A stretch of DNA of 64,000 nt, from positions 288,001 to 352,000 of the forward strand of contig CAVUQH010000002.1 of assembly GCA_963743525.1 (NCBI GenBank), written 5' to 3'. Under the pieces are notes generated by a model. That model saw only the letters and a list, made by a program, of their open reading frames with translations. It was not told where the DNA came from and searched no databases. Made by a program: the position numbers and the translations under genes. Shown here piece after piece: positions 55,850 to 64,000 of this stretch. Source of the stretch: an uncultured delta proteobacterium (lineage in GTDB: Bacteria > Myxococcota_A > Polyangia > Haliangiales > Haliangiaceae). Numbering within the stretch: position 1 is the stretch's first letter; the number at the start of each line of letters is the position of its first letter.

Positions 55850-57112
55850 CAGTTGCTCCCGGGCAGGACCACCTCCGGCAGGGCCGGATGGCTGCAGTCG
55901 TGCGCCGCCAGGTCGAGGCTGACGCTGGCGTAGTCGTTGGGCACGTCGAGGCTGGCGTAGTCGGCGTCGCCGTTGTTCTGGATGCAGGTCTTGTAGTCCG
56001 CGGGCAGCTGGCCGCTCACCGCCAGGTCGGGATCGACGTAGCCATCCTCGACGATGTCCGGCACCACGATCGGCGCCGGCATGATGGTGGTCAGCGCCTG
56101 CACCACCAGGAAGCCGAGCCCGCCCATCGGCTCGTCGCCGCCGCCGCTGAAGCTGTTGTCGTGGATGTAGATGGTGTCGCTGTACGGATCGTAGTTGGTG
56201 TCGGCGTAGTCGAGCATCAGCGTCAGGTAGCTGATGATGCCCAGGTTGACCGTGCCGTTGTCGCGGATGCGATTGCCGAAGATCTCGACGCTGTGGCCGG
56301 CCATGACGGCGATGCCGGTGCCGCGCGGGACGTTGCCGACGATGTTGCCGGCCGGCGCGAAGTTGTCGGTGCTGTTGTCGTAGATATCGTTGTCGAAGAT
56401 GCGGCAGCGGTCGCCGCGCTCGCGCTGCAGGCCCGGCAGGTTGAACACCAGCACGCCGCCGGTGTTGTTGGTCGCGGTGTTGCCGTGGACGTCGGCGTCG
56501 CTGGTGTTCTCGATCTCGATGCCGGCGACGTTGTTCTCGGCGCGGCTGTCGCGGACGATGACGTACTGCGACTGGCCGACGTAGATGCCGGAGTCGGAGG
56601 CGCCCACGGCGACGCAGCCGTCGATCAGCACGTGCTGGCACTGCACCGGGTACAGGCCGTAGCCGCCGTTGCCCGGGTCGGGGCCATTGGTCCACTCGGC
56701 TCGCGTGCGGCGGAAGGTCACGCCGTCGGCGCCCTCGACCTTGATGGCGTCGCCGACGGTGTCCTCGACCGCGATGTCTTCGATGGTGAAGTTGTCGGCG
56801 GTGACCAGGATCCCCTCGGCGCCGTCGGTCTGGTTCGCGAAGCTGAGGACGGTCTTGTCCATGCCGCGGCCGCGGATGGTCACGCCGGCGACGTCGAGGG
56901 ACAGCCCCAGCGTCAGGTCGAAGGTGCCCTTGTTGAACAGGATGATGTCGCCAGAGGCGGCGTTGATCAGCGCCTCTTGCGCCTGGGTCTGCGCCTCCGG
57001 CCCGGGGTCGATCTCGATGCACGGACCGTTGGGCCCCTCGCACGGCTGGGCACCGTCCCCACAACCGACGGCCACCAGGGCCACGGCAGCACGCAACGTA
57101 AACTGATTTCAT
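55849..57112 (-). CDS. Parallel beta-helix lipoprotein (partner of SO2930 family)
   Basis: YGLYPVQC, GASDSGIYVGQS, NVAGIEIENT, NNTGGVLVFNLP. Start is ATG 57112 with an indel near 57090, or TTG 57096. Confidence 0.88.
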
Positions 57113-57206
57113 GTTCACCACTCCCGACCTGAACGTCCATCGCACGGCTAGGCGCGGTGCGTCAATAGCTCTGTTCTGAACCGGCGTAGCCTGTTAGAAG
57201 GATGAC

Positions 57207-58196
57207 ATGAGCACCCTGATCCACCCCGCTGACGCCCTCTTCGGCGGTGAGAGGCCGTTCCCCGTCATCCCCTCCTGCGAGCACTTTGCCGGGTCGGAAA
57301 AGCTGATCGGCAAGGCGTTCGGGTTGCAGGAAAAGCTCGGTCCCATCTTCGACATCACGATGGACTGCGAGGACGGGGCTCCGGCCGGGCGCGAGAAGGA
57401 GCACGCCGAGATGGTCGTGGCGATGCAGAAGTCGGACGCCAACCAGCACAAGATGGCCGGCATCCGCATCCACGATTACACCCATGCGGCGTGGAAGCAG
57501 GATGTCGACATCGTGGTGCCGGGCGCCGGCGACGTCGCCGCATACATCACCATCCCCAAGCCGACCGCGGCGTCCCAGGTGGCCGAGATGATCGGCTACA
57601 TCCAGAAGGTCGCCAGGGACGCGGGCATCACCCGCGAGATTCCCATCCACGTGCTCATCGAGACCCACGGCGCCCTGCGCGAGTGCGAGACGATCGCCGC
57701 CCTGCCCTGGCTGCAGGTGCTCGACTTCGGCCTGATGGACTTCATCAGCGGCCACCACGGCGCGGTGCCGGCGTCGGCGATGCGCTCGCCGGGCCAGTTC
57801 GACCACAAGCTGGTGGCGCGGGCCAAGGCCAACGTGGTCGCCGCCGCGCTGGCCAACGGCGTCATCCCGGCGCACAACGTCACCCTCGATCTGAAGAACG
57901 TCTACCAGACCTACGACGACGCCCGCCGGGCCAACCAGGAGTTCGGCTTCCTGCGCATGTGGTCGATCTATCCCGCGCAGGTCAAGCCGATCGTCAACGC
58001 CATGGCGCCGGACTTCTCCGAGGTCACCACCGGCTGCGAGATCCTGCTGGCCGCGCAGCAGGCGAGCTGGGGTCCGATCCAGCACGCCGGCGAGCTGCAC
58101 GACCGCGCGACCTATCGCTACTACTGGGAGCTGATCCAGCGCGCCCACCTGTCGGGGCAGTCGCTGCCGGCCGAGGTGCGAGGCTGGCTCAAGTAG
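57207..58196 (+). CDS. HpcH/HpaI aldolase / CitE-like lyase
   Basis: DCEDG, IRIH, IPK, LIET, DFGLMD, WSIYPAQ. Confidence 0.85.
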   Translation: MSTLIHPADALFGGERPFPVIPSCEHFAGSEKLIGKAFGLQEKLGPIFDITMDCEDGAPAGREKEHAEMVVAMQKSDANQHKMAGIRIHDYTHAAWKQDVDIVVPGAGDVAAYITIPKPTAASQVAEMIGYIQKVARDAGITREIPIHVLIETHGALRECETIAALPWLQVLDFGLMDFISGHHGAVPASAMRSPGQFDHKLVARAKANVVAAALANGVIPAHNVTLDLKNVYQTYDDARRANQEFGFLRMWSIYPAQVKPIVNAMAPDFSEVTTGCEILLAAQQASWGPIQHAGELHDRATYRYYWELIQRAHLSGQSLPAEVRGWLK

Positions 58197-58199
58197 TCG

Positions 58200-58808
58200 C
58201 TAGACGACGCCGGCCTTCTTCTTCATGCTCTCGAGCAGCTCGGCGTAGCTGGTGCTCTTGACCACTTCGGCGATCTCGCGCGTGTAGCGGGTCACCAGGT
58301 CCTCGCGGTTGCGCTCGCGCGCATCCTCGAGGCTCTTGTACAGCATGATGAACGCCCGCTCGGCGTTGACGAAATACTCGACCACCGCGATGACGGCGCG
58401 CGCGGTCGAGGTCGCGATCGACCGCGACGCGTCGGCGAACGAGAACAGCTTGCCCTCGGAGTTGCGCACCTCGATGACCACCTCGCCCACCGAGTCGGCG
58501 CCGCTCGACCGGCTCTTGGTGTCGAGACGGGCGATGACGTGGAAGTTGGCCAGCTCGATGGTCTCGAGCGACTGGTATTCGATGGCGTAGCGGCCCATGA
58601 GCGCGCTCATGAGGGCATCGACCATGCCGCAGCCCTCGCCTTCGACGGTCTGCTGGTTGCCCTGGGTATCGACCGTGTCGACCCGGACCTTGCTGGTCTC
58701 GGTATCGAGCGTCTCCTCGAGGGTCAGCTTGAGGATGCTGAGCTCCAGATAGTTGTTGCCGAGCACGCGACGGATGAGATCGCTGTTGAGCTGAGGGCGC
58801 TTGGTCAC
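58200..58808 (-). CDS. Stand-alone LeuA/CimA regulatory-domain-like protein
   Basis: GEGCGMVDAL...L..FHV...GADSVGEVVIEV resembles the GxGxGPVDA...GxDAxxEV pattern. Confidence 0.6.
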   Translation of the reverse strand: MTKRPQLNSDLIRRVLGNNYLELSILKLTLEETLDTETSKVRVDTVDTQGNQQTVEGEGCGMVDALMSALMGRYAIEYQSLETIELANFHVIARLDTKSRSSGADSVGEVVIEVRNSEGKLFSFADASRSIATSTARAVIAVVEYFVNAERAFIMLYKSLEDARERNREDLVTRYTREIAEVVKSTSYAELLESMKKKAGVV

Positions 58809-58876
58809 GTATCGATCATACCTCAGCGCGCGTGACCGCGCCTCCCCGTCATCCAGCCTCTGCTACCATTCGCGAC

Positions 58877-59970
58877 GTGTCGGTTTCACGCTGCGTCGAG
58901 ATCCTGGCCGAGCTGATCGGCTTCCCCACCCAGAACCCGACGGGCGACGAGGTCGCGCTGTGCGAACGGCTGGCCGTCTTGCTCGACGAGCGCGGCGCCG
59001 ATCAGTCCGAGGTCGTCGAGGTGCCGCGCGATGCCGGGCGCTCCGGCTACGTCTACGCGCGATTCGGCGAGCCGCGCCTGCTGGTCAACGTCCACGTCGA
59101 CACTGTGCCGCCCAACACCGGCTGGAGCCGCGATCCGCACCGAGCCGAAGTCACTGACGACCGTGTCATCGGACTGGGCTCGGCCGACACCAAGGGCGCC
59201 ATCGCCTGCGTCCTGCGCGCGCTCGAGGCCGCCCGGCCGGACGGTGTCGGAGTCCTGTTCAGTGGCGACGAGGAGCTGGGCACCGGCGTCGTGCCGGTCT
59301 TCCTCGCCTCCGAGCGCGCCGCCGGCATCGAGCGGGCGATCGTGTGCGAGCCCACCGGTCGCGCCGCCGGCACCCGCCACCGCGGCGTCGGCGCCTACCG
59401 CGCCCGCTACCGCGGCCTCGGCGGACACTCCTCCGGCGCCGATCACATGCCCAAGCCGGTCGTGACCATGGCCAGGCTGGCGCTCGAGCTCGACGAGATG
59501 AGCCGCCGCTGGCTGAGCGAAGGCCCCGACGACATGAAGGGCCTGTGCACCAACGTGGCGTCGCTCGACGGCGGTGTGGCGTTCAACGTCGTCCCCGACG
59601 CGGCCAGCCTGACCTGGTCGGTGCGGCCCCCGCCCGGCTTCGACGCGGGCCGCTTCGCCGCCGAGCAGGCCGAGGCGGCACGGCGCGTCGACCCGGCGAT
59701 CGAGATCGAGCAGGTGCTCGACCACCTGCCGTTCCAGACCCGCGACGTCGAGCCGTTCCGCGCCCTCCTGGGCGACCGGGTCAGCGGCTTCACCGGGCTG
59801 CAGTTCTGGACCGAGGCCGCGGTGCTGTCGCAGGCCGGCATCGACGCCGTGGTGCTGGGCCCCGGATCGAATCGAGCAAGCACACACTGCCGACGAGTGG
59901 GTCTCCCTCGACGACCTGGCCTGGGCCGAGGAGCTGTTCACCCACGTGTTCGCGAGCACCCGCGCATGAA
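58877..59970 (+). CDS. argE: Acetylornithine deacetylase, M20 family (frameshift near 59870)
   Basis: HVDTVP, GSADTKG, DEE, CEPT, GHSS, FWTEA; corrected end GPGSIEQAHTADEWV. Confidence 0.85.
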
Positions 59971-61092
59971 ACCGGACGAGGTCGTCCTCCGCTTCCTCGA
60001 GAGCACCGCGCGCCCGGCGGAGGCGGCGCAGTACCTGTCGCTGTTTCGCGCCGAGCGGCCGGAGAGCTTCGCCACCCTGGCGGTCTCCGACACCGTCATG
60101 CGCGAGGACGGCGGCGCCCTGGTCACCGACCTGCGCTACCTGTCGCGCCTCGGACTGACCCCGGTGGTGGTGCTCGGCCTGCTGTCGCCCGCCTGCGCCG
60201 AGGCCGACGCCGAGCGCCTGCGCGATCGCCTGGCCGGCGACGTCGGCGTCGACGTGGTGGCGCCGGAACGCGCGCAAGAGATGGCCCGCGCCGGTCGAAT
60301 TCCCATCGTGCCGCTGGCCGCACCGGCCGACACGGACGCCCGCTGGGCGGTGTTCGGCGACATGGTCGACGCGCTGGCGGCGCGCAAGGTGATCTTCGTC
60401 GGCCGCCACCCGGGGCTGGTGCCCGAAGGACGTCGGCCGCCGTCGATCGTCAACATCACCACCGAGCTCGATGCGCTACTGGTGCCCGGCGTGCTGCCGC
60501 CCGGACAGACCGCGCTGCTGGCGCAGGCGGCGAAGCTACTCGAGCGGGGCACGCGCCGGCGAACCGCGTCGGTGACCTCGCCACTGGAGCTCCTGCGCGA
60601 GCTGTTCACCGAGCGCGGCGCCGGAACTCTGTTGCGACTGGGCTCGCGCGTGCACCGCTTCGCCGCCTACGCCGACGTCGACCGCGAGCGACTGGTCGCG
60701 CTGGTCGAAGGCGCTTTCGACCGCCGACTGCTGCCCGGCTTCTTCGACCGCGCGCCCGACGCGATCTACCTCGCCGACGACTACCGCGGCGCCGCCATCA
60801 TCGAGCAGACACCGCTGGGCGGCTATCTGAGCAAGTTCGCCGTCGGTCTGGCGGCCCGCGGCGAGGGCGTGGCCCGCGACCTGTGGCGGGTGATGGAGGC
60901 CGACTACCCGCGGCTGTTCTGGCGCTCGCGAACCGACAACCCGATCGCCAGCTGGTACGCCCAGCACTGCGACGGCCTCCAGCGGGGCCCCGACTGGTGC
61001 GTCTTCTGGCGAGGCGTTGACACCGACGAGATCCCGCAGATCGTGGCCCACGCCCGGGCCGCGCAGGTCGATCTCGGCCCACTCCCGTGTAG
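59967..61092 (+). CDS. N-acetylglutamate synthase-like protein (truncated AAK domain + DUF619 NAT domain)
   Basis: LLRELFTERGAGTL, YLSKFAV, GEGVARDLW, LFWRSR, NP..WY. ATG overlaps the argE stop. 3' end uncertain: TAG 61090 needs an indel, otherwise it runs to 61264. Confidence 0.75.
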
Positions 61093-61133
61093 GTGGCCCT
61101 GGGGGCTAGACCCCCACCTGAGGACAGCTCTCC

Positions 61134-61737
61134 CTACTCGTCGTCGGGGGTATCGCCCGGCATCCCCTGGGTGCGCTTCTTCAGATCGAGGATCGACATG
61201 GACGCCTCCATGTCAGTGTCCAGGTCCGGGGCGTCGTCCTCGTGCCAGGTCAGGTTCTGCATGACCCGGATGACGCACTGCTCCATGGTGGGGTTGTTCC
61301 ACTCGCTGGAGACAAAGGTCACATCCGAGGTGGTGGCCGTCCCGTTGTGGACGTGGAGCTTGTAGTTGATGTGGACCCGCTCGAACTTGCCTGGCTCGCC
61401 GTGGTAGCAGTCCGAGGCCGCCTTCATGACGTGCTGCGGGACATCCCCGCCAACGAACAGCGACTCGCGGTGAACCTGCTGTGCGTGAGCCAGGCGCTCC
61501 TCCTCCGTCATGTTGGCGACGTTCCGGAGTGGCTGGCTCGGTGGCTGCCGGGGAATGCCTGGGCAGCGGAACCCGCGGACCCGGCACCGGATGGGGTGCC
61601 GCCGGCTGCGCGGACGCAGCCGGGGCTACCGCCCTCGGTGTGTCAGGTGTAGGTGGATCGGAGTTGATCTCCCACAACAACGCCACGATGGCGATGGCGA
61701 CTCCGGCTCCCAGCGCGACGAGGGCCCAGCGGGTCAT
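61134..61737 (-). CDS. Membrane-anchored hypothetical with TonB-C/AgmX-like C-terminal domain (frameshift near 61520)
   Basis: TM, Pro-rich linker, then DCY...EQCVIRVMQNLTW. Confidence 0.6.
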
Positions 61738-61963
61738 CTCCAGCTCCCGTGATACCGGGGTGCGCCGCCCCAGGCAAGGGGACAGTTCCGCCGAGGTCAC
61801 ACGATTGCACGCCTATTACAAGGTGATGTCATCAAACACGGGGTAACCCCGTCTTCTGACAGGCTGCTCCCCACGGGTGACCTCGGGTCCCCCCTCCCCA
61901 TGTGGGACTCTGTCCCCCCACAGATCTCGGCTGTAACAGCCCTGAAATACAGCATAGGCCCTC

Positions 61964-61979
61964 CGGCACACCCGTTGCA
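61964..61979 (+). promoter_or_regulatory. Sigma54 promoter
   Basis: CGGCACA-CCCG-TTGCA, ~70 bp upstream of ATG 62052. Confidence 0.65.
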
Positions 61980-62051
61980 CAAAGAACCCTCGTCACTGCA
62001 CCAGCTCACTCTCCCCACCCATCGCCGGGTTCCACAGGAGGCAAGGGAAAC

Positions 62052-63845
62052 ATGACCCCCAATCTTCGCAGCATGATGCTCTCGGGTATCGCCCTGCTGC
62101 TCGCCGTTCCGGCGGCGCAAGCAGCAAGCACTCACTCGGACGTCCAGACTCTCCTCATTCGGAACGGCGAGAACGCCGGTATCACCCGGCGCGGATCCGA
62201 CGGTCGCGACCGTCCGCTTCAGGATGCCTACCCGGGCTCCGAGCACTCGGCGCTGATGCAGCGCGACGACGGCACCATCATGATCTTCACGATGGCGACC
62301 TACGAGATCAACGGCCAGCTGCCCAACCATCGCATGCAGATGCTGTGTGCCGAGATCAACTTCGACTCGATGGCCGGCCCGCAGGTTTCGACCCTCAAGT
62401 ACGTCACCAACCTCAACGGCAACCGCTACCGTAACGCGAACCACATCCGCGTGACCAAGGTCTTCGGCATGCCGCTGGTGACCTTCAACTACGCGCCTGA
62501 CAATCGCGCTCGTGCCTACCAGCAGGTGTTCGGCCCCGGCTGCACCCCGCTGTCGGACATGACCGAAATCATGCGCAGGAACAACGACGACTGCTCGGAG
62601 ACCGACGCCGAGTCAGGCCGAAATCATCGTCAAGCAGGACGGCGACACCGCGTACCTGGCCTCGGTCCACGGCTGCAACGGCAACGGCACGCGACGATGC
62701 GTGGATGGCCGGCACCTCGGTCACCAAGCTGGCCGACGGCACCTTCAACATCAAGAAGATGTGGGCGCTCTCAATCGAGCCCAAGGAAGAGCGCATCGCG
62801 CCTGAAGATCATCCCGACGACGATCGCGAACATGGTCGTCGCGTGCGGTACCGCGGGCAACACCCAGCCGCCCAACAAGGGCGTCCGCTGCTACGGCGTC
62901 AACTACGACACCAACGGCGAGCAGGGCGAGAACGCCAACTCGCGCCTGATGTGGCGCCAGTACATCGCCGAGCGCGATGGCGAGACCTACTACACCAACA
63001 TGCGCGCCGCTCCGATCCTCGACTCGACCGGCGCCCCGACCAACATGGCGATCGCCGACTACCAGATGCTGACCCAGCGCCGCCGCCGCGGTAAGGGCAC
63101 CGCGCAGCTCAAGGCTGTCGCCCTCACCTTCAAGGCCGACGGCGTGGACGTCATGAACGTCGCGCAGGACAACCTGTTCCCGGCCTCGGACGCCACCCAC
63201 GCGTCGATCTGCCAGACCCAGTACGGCACCACCGGCCAGGAGCAGTCGGTCGCGATGCTCATCTCGAGCTCGGTCAACGGCGCGACTGGCGCGTTCGGCA
63301 CCGGCGAGTTCGTCAAGTACGACCCGACGACCCGCATGATCAACCCGATCCAGAAGGTCGGTCTCAAGGCCGCCATCGACAACGCCTGGCTGCCCAACAT
63401 CTACGGCGGCAACCCCAACACCCAGGGCCGTAACTTCGTCAGCTGCTTCAGCGGCATCAAGAACCCGGGCTACCACGTGACCGGCGGCTACATGAGCGAC
63501 GTCAAGAACTTCGTCGCCGTCCCGGCCAACACCCGCCGCATGCGCGAAGGCGCCACCATCGCCGAGGACAAGCTTGCCCTCGAGCTGGTGCTGGTCCCGA
63601 CCGTCATCGACGAGCCGGCCTCGACCGACCCGACCGACCCGGGCACCACGGATCCCACCGATCCGAACAACAACCCCGACAACCCCACCACCCCGACCGA
63701 CCCGACCAATCCGACCGACCCCGGCAACAACAGCGGTAGCGGCGTCGGCGGCGTCGGCGGTTGCAGCACGGGCGCCTCGGGTGGCGCTGGCTCGCTGGCC
63801 TTCCTCGGCCTCGCGCTCCTTGCCATCCGTCGTCGTCGCAACTAA
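62052..63845 (+). CDS. MYXO-CTERM surface protein (compensating indels ~62615-62800)
   Basis: Signal peptide; PTDP/NP-rich stalk; GGCSTG...LAFLGLALLAIRRRRN sorting tail. Confidence 0.88.
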   Translation: MTPNLRSMMLSGIALLLAVPAAQAASTHSDVQTLLIRNGENAGITRRGSDGRDRPLQDAYPGSEHSALMQRDDGTIMIFTMATYEINGQLPNHRMQMLCAEINFDSMAGPQVSTLKYVTNLNGNRYRNANHIRVTKVFGMPLVTFNYAPDNRARAYQQVFGPGCTPLSDMTEIMRRNNDDCSETDAESGRNHRQAGRRHRVPGLGPRLQRQRHATMRGWPAPRSPSWPTAPSTSRRCGRSQSSPRKSASRLKIIPTTIANMVVACGTAGNTQPPNKGVRCYGVNYDTNGEQGENANSRLMWRQYIAERDGETYYTNMRAAPILDSTGAPTNMAIADYQMLTQRRRRGKGTAQLKAVALTFKADGVDVMNVAQDNLFPASDATHASICQTQYGTTGQEQSVAMLISSSVNGATGAFGTGEFVKYDPTTRMINPIQKVGLKAAIDNAWLPNIYGGNPNTQGRNFVSCFSGIKNPGYHVTGGYMSDVKNFVAVPANTRRMREGATIAEDKLALELVLVPTVIDEPASTDPTDPGTTDPTDPNNNPDNPTTPTDPTNPTDPGNNSGSGVGGVGGCSTGASGGAGSLAFLGLALLAIRRRRN

Positions 63846-63884
63846 CCCTCCCCCAACCATCCCGAACTACGGAGACCACCGACC

Positions 63885-64000
63885 ATGAAGAAGCAGAATC
63901 TAATCGCTGTCCTCGCGGCGATGATGCTGGCGGCCTCCACGGGGTGCATTGGTGGACTGGACTCGGTCAATCCCCCTGGGACCCCGGACCCGACCCCGGA
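63885..64000 (+). CDS. Lipoprotein, 5' part only
   Basis: GGAG RBS; MKKQNLIAVLAAMMLAASTGC then a PTP-rich linker. Confidence 0.75.
   Translation, partial: MKKQNLIAVLAAMMLAASTGCIGGLDSVNPPGTPDPTP

Noticed and set aside
58832..61264. 810 aa ArgE-NAGS fusion
   Set aside because: Removing one A near 59870 restores the ArgE ending (QAHTADEW) and a TGA overlapping the next ATG; these are two genes.

Overview
High-GC (~70%) chromosomal window, almost certainly from a myxobacterium (Myxococcota). The evidence is a MYXO-CTERM protein, FHA/Ser-Thr kinase/PP2C signalling genes and an FHA-CpaF ATPase. It is gene-dense (~58 CDS); I found no rRNA, tRNA or CRISPR array. Contents left to right: (1) a Cyc2-like cytochrome-porin / diheme cytochrome c / secreted-protein operon; (2) an uncharacterised acyl-CoA dehydrogenase + signal-less PhnD-fold + TusA-ferritin trio with an RBS-occluding leader hairpin; (3) pheA-hisC-lipoprotein-aroA; (4) DsbD/thioredoxin/glutaredoxin genes; (5) an FHA-PP2C-FHA-kinase operon, a Zn-PLC-like exoprotein, an SMI1-TPR protein and a degenerate FHA-CpaF ATPase; (6) a four-helix-bundle gene preceded by a long hairpin and a ~490 bp GGACCC/GGACAC hexamer array, wedged between convergent genes; (7) lepA-lepB-lepB; (8) an 87 bp REPIN/MITE-like element; (9) a glycosyltransferase-PspA fusion and a His-rich lipoprotein; (10) a STAND-TPR protein and a pseudokinase; (11) an abm-like aryl-CoA catabolic operon; (12) the beta-helix/SO2930-type diheme cytochrome pair; (13) argE-NAGS; (14) a sigma54-driven MYXO-CTERM gene. 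About 15 scattered single-base indels break otherwise intact genes and look like assembly errors. All family calls come from motif recognition by eye, not from database searches.
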